The translations under genes were made by a program, and so were the position numbers. The notes below the pieces were generated by a model. The model ran no database searches and was not told the origin of the DNA. It saw only the letters and a program-made list of their open reading frames with translations. Source: a virus. Taken from it: DNA of 50,513 bases. The stretch covers positions 1-50,513 of IMG/VR virus record IMGVR_UViG_3300002098_000051; one strand, 5' to 3'. This document shows, one piece after another, positions 26,986 to 35,990 of the stretch; positions within the stretch are counted from its first letter, which is position 1, and every line of letters begins with the position of its first letter.

Positions 26986-27351
26986 TTAAGTGTTTAAATT
27001 GGCTGTACTTTTTTGTAAGTAATCGAGCTTCGCGTAAAATTGCATACACGTATATTTGTGCGGATTCATCGACCCGTTATTTTCCATTGCCGAGCAAGTT
27101 GACGCGAAATAACGATCCATAACGACGAGAACATTATCCTCGTCGGTGCTTCTGAAATTAAGAGGTTTTGTGTTTGTTTGAAACCAAAGAAGCTGCTTTT
27201 TTATATCTTCTATATTTGGCTCTTCTTTTTGCAACTCCTCCCCCATAGAGAGTAGGTACATTTTAATCTTCCCGTAATAAATAAGCGTTTCCGCAACATT
27301 GGAAAACAAAGGGAAGGTTAACTCTATTTCGTCACTGATTTTTTTTTTACA
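26986..27351 (-). CDS. tail assembly chaperone, -1 frameshift extension (gpT-like frame)
   Basis: This frame opens at 27351, runs through the A10 slippery run and has no ATG (the track start at 27309 is TTG). It is the -1 frame relative to 27324..27749. Confidence 0.6.
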   Translation of the reverse strand, partial: CKKKISDEIELTFPLFSNVAETLIYYGKIKMYLLSMGEELQKEEPNIEDIKKQLLWFQTNTKPLNFRSTDEDNVLVVMDRYFASTCSAMENNGSMNPHKYTCMQFYAKLDYLQKSTANLNT

Positions 27352-27749
27352 TCATCTACAGCGGACTCTATTTCCTCCTGGGTAACTTTTATTTCACCCA
27401 GTTTTTTTATTACAACATCAAAACCCTCGTCGGTAAGATCGTCGTAAATAACGTTATCGATAGAGTGTATAAAGCATGAAAAGCAGTAAGCGTCGTAATT
27501 TACTCCGTCACGTATCGATAAAAGAGCAAACCTGGCGTTTTCTAGCTCTTTTAGTGCATCTGCTTTTTTGTCCTCCGTAATAAACGCGGCCACCTTTGCA
27601 TACCTGGCGTCGATGTCTCCTTCATTGCTACCTATGCCGGATTTAATGACCGCATATTTAAGATATTCGCTGTAGCGATCAATCGGCATTTCTTTAGCCG
27701 ATGAGAATATTTTTATGGTATTACCTGCGCCGGTTGTTATTATTTTCAT
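27324..27749 (-). CDS. tail assembly chaperone (gpG-like)
   Basis: 141-aa acidic protein two genes upstream of the tape measure. Ends DDVKKKSVTK* across an A10 run. Confidence 0.6.
   Translation of the reverse strand: MKIITTGAGNTIKIFSSAKEMPIDRYSEYLKYAVIKSGIGSNEGDIDARYAKVAAFITEDKKADALKELENARFALLSIRDGVNYDAYCFSCFIHSIDNVIYDDLTDEGFDVVIKKLGEIKVTQEEIESAVDDVKKKSVTK
27339..27348 (-). other. candidate -1 programmed ribosomal frameshift site (A10 run; GTA AAA AAA AAA TCA)
   Basis: T10 on the plus strand, which is A10 in the mRNA. A -1 slip gives ...VKKK(K)ISDEIELTFPLFSNVAETL..., continuous with 26986..27309. Confidence 0.55.
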
Positions 27750-28027
27750 CTTCTTAAAATTATAGCTCTAAATACAGTAAATAATGCTGCCACGCACATA
27801 CCTTTGATAAAATGAAATACAAAAAACCACGAATCGACATTCATACATTTGTAATGAAGTATCGAGTATATTAAGCCAGTCCAGAATACAACGCAAAACT
27901 CGCACCAATCAGGCATCCACGAGTGGCGGCGACGCTCGTAAACATCCAGGAAGCGCCAAACCTTCCATTTATCGAAGCATATAAAAACGGCGTTAATAAA
28001 TAACGCTAATTGAATAATCCACGTCAT
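27746..28027 (-). CDS. small multi-pass membrane protein (93 aa; start revised to ATG at 28027)
   Basis: ATGA overlap with the upstream ORF stop (28024-28027). About 3 hydrophobic helices and a WCEFCVVFW motif. Confidence 0.5.
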   Translation of the reverse strand: MTWIIQLALFINAVFICFDKWKVWRFLDVYERRRHSWMPDWCEFCVVFWTGLIYSILHYKCMNVDSWFFVFHFIKGMCVAALFTVFRAIILRR

Positions 28028-28254
28028 GGCTCTATGTCGTTTATTTCTTTTTGTAAATCTGTGCACTTGCAATCGATACGAGATATGTCCTTTGTATGCT
28101 CTTCTAATTTATCCTGATGTTTTGTTAGCTTACTCTCGATGCTATTTGCATAAATGCCAACAGTTAAACATACCGATATTGTGCACCCTACAATGGTTAT
28201 CAAGGTTATTAATCTTATTTTTAGAGTTACCTTTTCTACGTCTTGCTGTGGCAT
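28024..28254 (-). CDS. small single-pass membrane protein with a coiled-coil tail (76 aa)
   Basis: TM helix LITLITIVGCTISVCLTVGIYA followed by a charged helical region. Confidence 0.5.
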   Translation of the reverse strand: MPQQDVEKVTLKIRLITLITIVGCTISVCLTVGIYANSIESKLTKHQDKLEEHTKDISRIDCKCTDLQKEINDIEP

Positions 28255-28255
28255 A

Positions 28256-28981
28256 TTAACTAAGATTAGCGTTTCCTGGGTTAACGTTTGGTATTGTAGC
28301 TGTGCGCGATGGGTCTAAGTACGTGCTCGGAACAAAACCGGTATTCCCGTTTTCCTGGAATGCTGGGTAAGTTAGCACGAAATCTATCCTTAACGAATAG
28401 TAAGGATAACGAGTAAATGTCAAAAGTTTTTGCGTTGTAGATAGCTCTCTTAAAATACTTTCCCCTCCTTCGTATAATGTAGATACAACGGCCCTGGGAA
28501 TCGTGTTAAACACGGCCAACAGCTGCAGCTTTAACTCCTCGGAGAAATTTTGATCACTTGCCGGATCGAGTTTTTTCATATCGCAACAAAAGAAAAGACT
28601 AACCGGCTGGGCGACTTGAACCTGAGCTTCGGTAAAATCCCATTTATCGGAAGCTGGCGAAACGTTTATAGGATCGCGCAGAAGGAAATAACAAAAGGAG
28701 GGGTAATCATCTGAAAAACTAACATCTACGTCCTGATCCAGTTTTCGAGCCTGCGGATAATACGAAAAATACAACTCGCGGCCCTTTATGCCGTCAGTTT
28801 GGGTAAGCCGGTTTTTTACTTCATCTTGATCCAGTTGTCGACGCTGGATAGTAGCCCTCCCAAATATGGTATCAATGAAAGTTACTGCAGCCAGCTTTTG
28901 CTGCACCTTACCGATCTCTACATCAATACCAACCGGATTGGTGAAGTTATATATTTTTATTGGAAAGGTTTGCAGGCTCAT
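28256..28981 (-). CDS. hypothetical virion protein (241 aa)
   Basis: Operon position between the capsid and tail genes. No motif recognised. Confidence 0.5.
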   Translation of the reverse strand: MSLQTFPIKIYNFTNPVGIDVEIGKVQQKLAAVTFIDTIFGRATIQRRQLDQDEVKNRLTQTDGIKGRELYFSYYPQARKLDQDVDVSFSDDYPSFCYFLLRDPINVSPASDKWDFTEAQVQVAQPVSLFFCCDMKKLDPASDQNFSEELKLQLLAVFNTIPRAVVSTLYEGGESILRELSTTQKLLTFTRYPYYSLRIDFVLTYPAFQENGNTGFVPSTYLDPSRTATIPNVNPGNANLS

Positions 28982-29508
28982 CTTTCAAAGTAGTTATGTG
29001 CGAAGCTAATAAATTCGGGTCTTATTATTTCGATAAATTCAGCTATATGCTCTTCCGATACTCCTATTACATCACCCCACGTTGAAATAAGTTCGTCCGT
29101 CTTTGGATCGGTAGCAAATAGCTCAATCGTTTGTCCGGCTATTCTCGTCTTCTCGCTTTTGTAAAAATCGCCCTCATCTAATAAAGTTACTTTATCGTAA
29201 GATACAGCGCTTTGCCTAACAATACCCCAGTCTCCGTTGCCCCTAAAGTCCACAACGTTGCCCCCTTGAGACTTTTGCCATTTGGTCATCGGTTCGTATT
29301 TGGCGCTGGTTTGCCTACCGGAAGGAGTTTTTTCTATATCGCTACCGTCGGGCCTTTCGCCCTCTTGCATTTGTTTTATATTAAACCAAATGAGCCAATC
29401 TGTAAAATCTGGGTTAGCCATCAATTCGGCGATAAAAGAATTCATCGCCGAATCTAAGTCGGTAAATTTACTCTCTATTTCGTCTAATAAAACAGCATTA
29501 CCTATCAT
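28978..29508 (-). CDS. hypothetical virion protein (176 aa)
   Basis: Overlapping stop/start signals with both neighbours. Confidence 0.5.
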   Translation of the reverse strand: MIGNAVLLDEIESKFTDLDSAMNSFIAELMANPDFTDWLIWFNIKQMQEGERPDGSDIEKTPSGRQTSAKYEPMTKWQKSQGGNVVDFRGNGDWGIVRQSAVSYDKVTLLDEGDFYKSEKTRIAGQTIELFATDPKTDELISTWGDVIGVSEEHIAEFIEIIRPEFISFAHNYFER

Positions 29509-30809
29509 TATATCGATCCCCAGGACATTGTATTTGATTCATCCTCCGGCGTGCACGATTTTGAAAAGCCGGTTAAGTCTATATTCAAAGTATCTATCGA
29601 GTCGTTATACAAACATATAAACGCTCCGGAAACTTTTGGGTCAAGATCAGCCATCGCCATCTGTTGTATTTTGGCATTAAACGGATTAACCCTCGGACTA
29701 TACGCAATAGCTTTTAGAGCTTCATAGGCTAATTGATAAGCAAAAGCGTCGGCCCAAAATATTCTGTTTTCGACGATTATGTTTGTAAGATCGCAACGAA
29801 CTGTGATACTAAGGTTAGCTCCGTAATTTGAATTATTACCATAAGCCACGCCAGCGGTATTAAATAAATTTCTATCTTCGTCAAGGTATTGCGCTGCAAC
29901 CTCGATTGTGCGGATGGTAGTGTATCGGCTCCACTTGTTATACATTGCCGCGTTAACCTGATCGCAACCGATGCACGGAGCTGATCCAAAGTCCCAGGTT
30001 TTACTAACCGCCTGGCCTACGAGATCATCCTCGTAATAAACGAGCATAAATACACCAGACGTATCTGATCCGTTCTGCTTAAATCCTAATATGCAATTTG
30101 TTACTGCTTGCCACGCGAAGTTTTGAGCCGTTAATGGGATATGAAATACTCCCAGAGGCTCGTCTTGCGAGCTATGATATAGATACCAATTAAGCTCCGA
30201 CTGCGATGACGTTACTTGCATACCTATTGCGTCAATTTGCATCAGCAGCCCATCGACCGCCGCTGGTTTAATTTCGAAGCCGACTGCGCGGCCCAGCTTA
30301 ACAATGGTGTTATTCTGTTGCCCGTAACCCCTGTAGAGCTGCTGCTTTTCGAGAAGCGCTTTTCCCATCTTGAAAAGTTTCTTTCTTTTAACCACCTCGC
30401 CTATGCAATTAGATGAGGCCTGGTTGAAAAGCTGGGTAAGCCACAAAAGGTATGGGTTATAAGGAGCCCAGTTAGTCGTGTCGGTATAAGGAACAACGGT
30501 AGACGGCGTCATTGCGTTTAGAGCCTTATAGAGGGTTAGGGTGGAGTTTGTCGCGCTTGTGGCCGCGTTTATTATTTTACCGGCCACATAGTTAGTTCCA
30601 GTAACCCAACCAGGCCACTTAGTTGGGGTAAAGTCCGGACAGGCGTAATATAGATTATCTAATGTGGCCAGAGGGTGGATGTTTTGCATAAACACCCCAG
30701 AGTCTGATAATAAAAGATTACCGCTGATCTGCGGGACGTTTGGATCGTTAGCCTGCAAGAAACCAACCAATTTCGAGAAGGACGCTTGAATTGCCGATGG
30801 ACTATACAT
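29508..30809 (-). CDS. hypothetical virion structural protein (433 aa)
   Basis: Large ORF downstream of the capsid gene terminator. The function (sheath-like, tail tube or other) cannot be decided by eye. Confidence 0.5.
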   Translation of the reverse strand: MYSPSAIQASFSKLVGFLQANDPNVPQISGNLLLSDSGVFMQNIHPLATLDNLYYACPDFTPTKWPGWVTGTNYVAGKIINAATSATNSTLTLYKALNAMTPSTVVPYTDTTNWAPYNPYLLWLTQLFNQASSNCIGEVVKRKKLFKMGKALLEKQQLYRGYGQQNNTIVKLGRAVGFEIKPAAVDGLLMQIDAIGMQVTSSQSELNWYLYHSSQDEPLGVFHIPLTAQNFAWQAVTNCILGFKQNGSDTSGVFMLVYYEDDLVGQAVSKTWDFGSAPCIGCDQVNAAMYNKWSRYTTIRTIEVAAQYLDEDRNLFNTAGVAYGNNSNYGANLSITVRCDLTNIIVENRIFWADAFAYQLAYEALKAIAYSPRVNPFNAKIQQMAMADLDPKVSGAFICLYNDSIDTLNIDLTGFSKSCTPEDESNTMSWGSI

Positions 30810-30933
30810 CTTTCTCTTTGTTTTTTATTTGACGATTAATTGATCGTAAATTCCAGAAGGGAGTTATAAATATCATCACTAAGCAAGTGAATGAAATAAG
30901 ATATCCCGTTATCGCTATAATATATCGTATCAT
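30802..30933 (-). CDS. possible small hydrophobic peptide (43 aa), not in ORF track
   Basis: MIRYIIAITGYLISFTCLVMIFITPFW... lies in the otherwise empty gap after the capsid terminator. Overlaps the next ATG by 8 nt. Confidence 0.25.
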   Translation of the reverse strand: MIRYIIAITGYLISFTCLVMIFITPFWNLRSINRQIKNKEKDV

Positions 30934-30940
30934 AATTATA

Positions 30941-30982
30941 TTTTAAAAACAAATAAGGCGGCGTATATTGCGCCGCCTTATT
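30941..30982 (-). terminator. Rho-independent terminator after the major capsid gene
   Basis: 12-bp stem (30952-30963 with 30971-30982), GC-rich core GGCGGCG/CGCCGCC, 7-nt loop, then a T-rich tail on the minus strand. Confidence 0.85.
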
Positions 30983-31001
30983 GTATAATTACATTTTATT
31001 T

Positions 31002-32069
31002 TTAGCTCTGAGATATCTCTGCTTTTACTATCGGGCTAAATCTGCCGGAAGGGTCGCTGTTGTAAGCGTTTACAAAACATATATCAGTAGAGAATTCAAA
31101 CGACTCTTTCAATGTACGAGTAAGGCCAACCGTGCCGGAGTTCAGCGCACTCGCATCGGCGCAATCGTTACGGTAATAGCTACCAACCTTCAATCCTACC
31201 ACCGGCAGGTATGTTTCCGTCCATTCGATAAGCGGACGATCACCACCACCTACCTTATAACCAGCAATAGCATCAGGGTCGTTCCTGTTGATCGTTGCAA
31301 CCTGGCCCGCTGGTATTCCGTAAACCGTGCTGGCTATGCCAGTATTATTTGTTACGCGGTTGCTGGTATTCCACTTCCACGGATCGAGCTGGAAACTTTC
31401 GTTTATCGCATTCTGGGAGCTTTGGTTTTTCAAGCGATTAACCAATGGCAAAAGCGAAGTGCTGCCGAGGATGTGGATCTGATCGTAATAGTCCATTTCC
31501 ATCATAATCGCCTGGAACTGGTTGAAGAAATCTTCTTTACCGGCGTTAGGAACCTGGAAGGCATTTGCTATCTGCGGATAATAAGCCAGGATGTTTGCAG
31601 GGAAATACGAATTGATATTCAACTCAAAGTTATTACGTGCGCCGCTATCAAGGGCCGCAGCAAAAGCCAGCAAAGAAGCGTTCATCTTACGCTGCCAGTC
31701 GGACTCATACTCCACGTAGTTATTGTAGTACTGGCTCGGATACATGGTAAAACCGAAGCTGTATGTTGCAAAGTTGAGCTGGATAAGATGCGAAACGTTT
31801 TCGCTATCAGCTATCGTGCATGAACGGGTGTTGCCTATGTTTACGTTCTTGAAATCTACAACCGGTATCTTCACAACATTACCGAAAGACTTAACCGCCA
31901 GTTCTTTATTCTTTGGCGATAAAATACTTTCTATCATATCGGACATTTCCTGGGTAAGGTTCCACGCGCCGTAACGGGAAAAACGGAGTTCATTATGATC
32001 GAGCGTGTCTGGCTCGTATTTGTCAATAAGGGGCTGCATTAATGTGCCCACTAAACTTGAACCTGCCAT
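31002..32069 (-). CDS. major capsid protein (candidate)
   Basis: 355 aa, directly after the scaffold-like gene. Has its own TACATTTG promoter box with a long leader and a strong terminator, as expected for the most abundant protein. No motif-level proof. Confidence 0.6.
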   Translation of the reverse strand: MAGSSLVGTLMQPLIDKYEPDTLDHNELRFSRYGAWNLTQEMSDMIESILSPKNKELAVKSFGNVVKIPVVDFKNVNIGNTRSCTIADSENVSHLIQLNFATYSFGFTMYPSQYYNNYVEYESDWQRKMNASLLAFAAALDSGARNNFELNINSYFPANILAYYPQIANAFQVPNAGKEDFFNQFQAIMMEMDYYDQIHILGSTSLLPLVNRLKNQSSQNAINESFQLDPWKWNTSNRVTNNTGIASTVYGIPAGQVATINRNDPDAIAGYKVGGGDRPLIEWTETYLPVVGLKVGSYYRNDCADASALNSGTVGLTRTLKESFEFSTDICFVNAYNSDPSGRFSPIVKAEISQS

Positions 32070-32158
32070 GATTAATAAAAATTAAAAAGTGAATTAAATT
32101 GCTTTCTCTTAGCTGTTTGTTTGGCGTGAAGTTTACAGCCTCTTTGTAATTCACACTA

Positions 32159-32166
32159 CAAATGTA
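32159..32166 (-). promoter_or_regulatory. TAnnTTTG (-7 type) promoter box for the capsid gene
   Basis: Minus strand reads TACATTTG, about 90 nt upstream of the ATG at 32069. The identical octamer occurs at 36697-36704 and 41751-41758. Confidence 0.55.
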
Positions 32167-32224
32167 AAATAAAAAACGAAAGAAAAAAGAAAAATGAAAA
32201 AATATCTTCCGAATGATTAAAAAC

Positions 32225-32239
32225 TGGCACGGTAATTGC
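32225..32239 (+). promoter_or_regulatory. sigma-54 (-24/-12) type promoter motif, antisense to the late operon
   Basis: CTGGCACGgtaaTTGCT. The 36 nt at 32225-32260 equal 11976-12011. Confidence 0.7.
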
Positions 32240-32261
32240 TATATATCATGAAAACGATATC

Positions 32262-32438
32262 ATGAAAAAAAACGTAAGATTCTCAAACGGCAATTTGAAA
32301 TTAACCCTCGCAGAAATAAAAAATCACGATATATTTGTTAATCCGAGAGGTTTTAAATTTATAGTTATAGATGGGTGTAAGTTTGAAATAAACGATATAA
32401 GAGTGGACTCTACTCGCGCTATACCTATAAATTGGTAA
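32262..32438 (+). CDS. small protein (58 aa), not in ORF track
   Basis: MKKNVRFSNGNLKLTLAEIKNHDIFVNPRGFKFIVIDGCKFEINDIRVDSTRAIPINW. Lies 23 nt downstream of the promoter motif and is followed by a hairpin. Confidence 0.5.
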   Translation: MKKNVRFSNGNLKLTLAEIKNHDIFVNPRGFKFIVIDGCKFEINDIRVDSTRAIPINW

Positions 32439-32440
32439 TA

Positions 32441-32485
32441 AAATAAAGAACCGCCCCTTGCTATTTTACAACAGGAGGGGCGGTT
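32441..32485. terminator. hairpin terminator (scaffold gene on the minus strand; also closes the plus-strand small ORF)
   Basis: AACCGCCCC (32449-32457) pairs with GGGGCGGTT (32477-32485). There is a T-rich tail on the minus strand and a weaker one on the plus strand. Confidence 0.65.
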
Positions 32486-32507
32486 GCCTTTTGCATAATG
32501 ATCGTCT

Positions 32508-33413
32508 TTAACGCAGAGGAAGTTTATCAATCCCTAACTCTCTGCGCTTTTTTGTATGTTCTTTTGTGCCTTGCACCAATCCTTGCTTCGCCAGCCATTC
32601 GTCGGCCTGAATCTTTGTTGTAATATCTGCAGGTAATTTGTCGGCGCTTCCCGTACCGGCTGGCCCTGGGCCAGCACCAGCGCCGGTTGCCGCCTGGCCT
32701 GGATCGAACATATCCTTAGCTATTACAGCATAATACTCGTCGGCGGTAATAAATTCCTGCGTGGTAGCATTTAACATCGGCTTACCGTCAGCGCCAGCAA
32801 AATACATTTTATTATCATCGGTAAATTTAGCTGCGGCGAGCATTTGTCCGATCAACACACTTTCGGTTGTGCTTGTTACGGATGCAGGTAAGGTTTTGAT
32901 ATACTTAGATCGCGCACCAGCAACAGCCATCAGTATTTTTCCCTCAGCTTTGGCTTTTGTCAGTTCGGTAGCAAAACCAGCTTCTTTTTCTTCCAGCTTT
33001 TTATTAAGAGATTTTATCTGCTCTTTCGTTGAAGCCAGTTGCTGTTTTTCACCTTCGCCCAGGGTTGATGATTTTTTAAGCTCTAACAACTCGGCCTCCG
33101 TTTCTTTGAGGGCTTTCATCGCACGCTTATGATAATCGTAGTATTTTTCCTCGGCCCCCCCATTTTCCTCCGGCTTGAGTTTAGGAATACCGGTTAACTC
33201 CAGAACATCCTTTTCCAACCTCGTGGCGTGCTCTTTTGTCTTTTCGGAGATAGCCAATGTGCGCTCGTTTTGCACATAGGTTGTGTCTGCAGCTTTACTG
33301 CGCACGACATAATCCTTTTTTGTAAGTACCGGCACGAAGCGATCTATTATCGTGGGGTCGGCGGCGATGGCTGCTTCAGCTTCATCTGCCGTAAATGTTG
33401 AATCGAATGGCAT
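32508..33413 (-). CDS. capsid scaffolding protein (candidate)
   Basis: 301 aa, helical, Ala/Glu/Lys-rich with a Gly/Ala/Pro linker. Lies immediately upstream of the capsid gene. Confidence 0.5.
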   Translation of the reverse strand: MPFDSTFTADEAEAAIAADPTIIDRFVPVLTKKDYVVRSKAADTTYVQNERTLAISEKTKEHATRLEKDVLELTGIPKLKPEENGGAEEKYYDYHKRAMKALKETEAELLELKKSSTLGEGEKQQLASTKEQIKSLNKKLEEKEAGFATELTKAKAEGKILMAVAGARSKYIKTLPASVTSTTESVLIGQMLAAAKFTDDNKMYFAGADGKPMLNATTQEFITADEYYAVIAKDMFDPGQAATGAGAGPGPAGTGSADKLPADITTKIQADEWLAKQGLVQGTKEHTKKRRELGIDKLPLR

Positions 33414-33450
33414 AAATACCTCTTATTTACGTTATGGTTAAAAAATAGAT

Positions 33451-33477
33451 AAAAGCGCGAGGGTATCTCGCGCTTTT
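33451..33477. terminator. bidirectional hairpin terminator
   Basis: AAAA-GCGCGAG (33455-33461), loop, CTCGCGC (33467-33473)-TTTT. Confidence 0.75.
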
Positions 33478-33494
33478 ATCATGTTAGAAAATAC

Positions 33495-34061
33495 TTAGAT
33501 AGTTTTCTTCTTATTCTCATTTACCAGGAATTCTTGCTTTTCGGTTATCAACCGGCGCAGTTCGTCTGGCTCCATCAATACATCAGCTTCCTCTCCAAAC
33601 AGCGCTTTGAAAAGCTCGCGCAATTTCGGTTCTGGCATCTTTTCTACATTTGCGTCGAGCTTTGGCCCTTTAACAACTGCCGGAGTTTTCGCCTGCTCAT
33701 CCTTTGTCCGTGGATCGTGAACTATTTCAACGTGCTGGCCGATAAACGCACGTTCTTTTGTCATCCGCAGGAAGTCGGTAACATCGAAAGCGCGATAACG
33801 AGGCTTCGATTTCTTTTCGCCGGTTTCGCTATCAAACTCGCGCTTCTCGATAGATACGTGCATAAGATGAGCCTCGTGCTCAGGTATTTCCCGCGAGCCG
33901 TCTTTGTTGGCTTTTATCATCTTTACATTCCCCTCGCGCTGCGCAATGTGCAACTCCTTCATCTGGCCGACTGTTTTACCGTGCGCCTGATGTTTATTGT
34001 TGGGGTTGTTTTTGTCCAGCTCCTGCAGGATCTGCTCCGCTGTATTTAATTCCTTTGCCAT
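33495..34061 (-). CDS. hypothetical protein (188 aa)
   Basis: Charged protein downstream of the portal gene, overlapping its 3' end by 68 nt. Confidence 0.5.
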   Translation of the reverse strand: MAKELNTAEQILQELDKNNPNNKHQAHGKTVGQMKELHIAQREGNVKMIKANKDGSREIPEHEAHLMHVSIEKREFDSETGEKKSKPRYRAFDVTDFLRMTKERAFIGQHVEIVHDPRTKDEQAKTPAVVKGPKLDANVEKMPEPKLRELFKALFGEEADVLMEPDELRRLITEKQEFLVNENKKKTI

Positions 34062-35790
34062 AAGATTTTAAAGTTTTAGAAATGGTTTCTATTTTTTTGT
34101 TATAAGAAATAAGCGATCCGAATTCGACAACATTGCCGTTATATCTTTCGAATTGGTTTATAAAGGTAGTAAAATTTAATTTCAAAACGTAGTTTTCTGG
34201 ATCGGCTACATTTATTCCCGAAGATTGCATTTGCATCCATGTCAAATCAGGATACGGCTCAAGATCGAGAAGTATCTTTTGCCTGGCCAGTTCGTCGGGA
34301 TTGTTTTTATACTTTGTATTTATGATAGCCAAACGAAGAGAGCTGGTATAGCCGATGTTGAGGTTTGCTTTTAAAGCTCCGGCATATTCATCAGTCAGCG
34401 TTGTAGCGTCTTTAAGGAAGTAGTCGCCGCCATAATCTACAATAATATTAACAACGTAGTCTGGGTTATACCTCAACTTCGCCAAAGTAGATACAACAAA
34501 CTTGTGCGCCCTTTCAAAGTTTTCGGATATATCATCAAGGATGGCAACCTTACGCTCAAACGCCGCCTGGATCTGATCCTGGTTTTTAGCCTGCGCGTTT
34601 AGTAAGCTACCGTCTTCTCCGGTACACTTTTCCGCTATTTCTGCGCCCAAATCCTCGACGTATGTCTTAACCCAGTCCAGATTATCGACACTCATTTCGA
34701 TGATCTTAATAGGGTTAGCCATAGGATCAAAGTCATCCTTCTTCTTTGGAGCTTTGGTTGTCATCGTAGAACCGGCACCGATCAAATGACGGTTATCGGT
34801 TTTAGGATTTCGGACATCTGCATTTATGTTATCATACGGGCTCCAGCTTGACGGAATATAAACATTACTATCCACCTGCTCTTTCCGCTTTTCATCAAAC
34901 TCGTTTTTCTCGAGCTCGTATGATACAATAATAGGGAAAGGCCCGTACTCGAAATAATACTTAGCAATGGTCGTAAAAAATAAAAGCCAGTCCAGCTTAG
35001 ATAGAACATCTGTGATCGGGCCGCGTTTATTTATTTTCTTTGTATCGCTTATAGAATGAGAATAAAAAGAAACTGCCGGAGTATAACCCAGGCCTTTCGT
35101 TCGATTGCCGTTGGAGTCATACCACGAGTGCTGAGCTTCGCTTGTTTGATTATAATTACCGCTTTTGTCCTTTGTAAATGTGCGATAAAATTCTCCGTCT
35201 ATAGCCACTACAACCTTCGCCTCTTTGTCTTGCTTAAAGATAACATACTCTACGTCGCCGCTATGGTCATTATATTCAAGATCGACAACATTATCGATAC
35301 TTAGCTTGTAATAATAAGGCTCTGGACGCGGCGTGCTTTGTGTTGCCGGTAAGTCTACAACCAACAGGCTGTTAATGCCAATACGCAACGCGTCAAGGGC
35401 GTGTGTGCGCCAAAAGTCAGGGTCGCCTATGCGTTCGAGGTATGCGTTGAAATCGTTTTGCAATTCGCTATCCACGAACTCATATTTTATAAAACGATCC
35501 TGGGCGTCCAGAAACTTAGACAACTGATTGAATATATCTTTTGTAACTGTTACCGTATCTAGAGGGGTGCGGAGTAGCTGGGCAAACCTTACGAACTTTT
35601 CGGTGGTTATCATACTACGAGCCCAGGCGGTAAAATCTCGCATAGCCTCCGACGGGAGGCAATCCTTTTCAAGTATCGGCTCGCAATGGAAGCGCAGCCG
35701 TTGCTCTTGAAGCCTCGCCTTATCTATCTGAGTTTTGTTAGCAGGTTTTTTAGCTAACTCCGCCAGCTTCTCTTTTGATAATATTGCCAT
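33994..35790 (-). CDS. portal protein (candidate)
   Basis: 598 aa, lying in the head module between TerL and the scaffold. Assigned on size and position only. Confidence 0.5.
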   Translation of the reverse strand: MAILSKEKLAELAKKPANKTQIDKARLQEQRLRFHCEPILEKDCLPSEAMRDFTAWARSMITTEKFVRFAQLLRTPLDTVTVTKDIFNQLSKFLDAQDRFIKYEFVDSELQNDFNAYLERIGDPDFWRTHALDALRIGINSLLVVDLPATQSTPRPEPYYYKLSIDNVVDLEYNDHSGDVEYVIFKQDKEAKVVVAIDGEFYRTFTKDKSGNYNQTSEAQHSWYDSNGNRTKGLGYTPAVSFYSHSISDTKKINKRGPITDVLSKLDWLLFFTTIAKYYFEYGPFPIIVSYELEKNEFDEKRKEQVDSNVYIPSSWSPYDNINADVRNPKTDNRHLIGAGSTMTTKAPKKKDDFDPMANPIKIIEMSVDNLDWVKTYVEDLGAEIAEKCTGEDGSLLNAQAKNQDQIQAAFERKVAILDDISENFERAHKFVVSTLAKLRYNPDYVVNIIVDYGGDYFLKDATTLTDEYAGALKANLNIGYTSSLRLAIINTKYKNNPDELARQKILLDLEPYPDLTWMQMQSSGINVADPENYVLKLNFTTFINQFERYNGNVVEFGSLISYNKKIETISKTLKSYGKGIKYSGADPAGAGQKQPQQ

Positions 35791-35935
35791 CGGTATCGAG
35801 AGTATAATTTGGGTCTTTCATTACCCAGGGTGATGCGGTGCGGTTCTTTTTGTTAAGATCAAATATCGCCTGGGCGTGATCGATTTTAAATTTTACCCCA
35901 CCGTTTTCTGCGCTATATAAAACCACATGTTCCAT
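35750..35935 (-). CDS. hypothetical protein (61 aa)
   Basis: First ORF after the terminator at 35941-35970. Overlaps the portal start. Confidence 0.4.
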   Translation of the reverse strand: MEHVVLYSAENGGVKFKIDHAQAIFDLNKKNRTASPWVMKDPNYTLDTDGNIIKREAGGVS

Positions 35936-35940
35936 AAGAA

Positions 35941-35970
35941 AAAGAAAGGGGGAATTACACCCCCTTTTTT
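35941..35970 (-). terminator. Rho-independent terminator after the 217-aa gene
   Basis: GGGGG (35948-35952) pairs with CCCCC (35960-35964), flanked by A- and T-runs on both sides. Confidence 0.75.
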
Positions 35971-35990
35971 ATTTTATTTATTATCGTCTA

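Noticed and set aside
30981-31823. 280-aa plus-strand ORF
   Set aside because: It is entirely antisense to the capsid gene candidate and begins inside the capsid terminator. It is Arg/Val/Ile-rich with no promoter motif.
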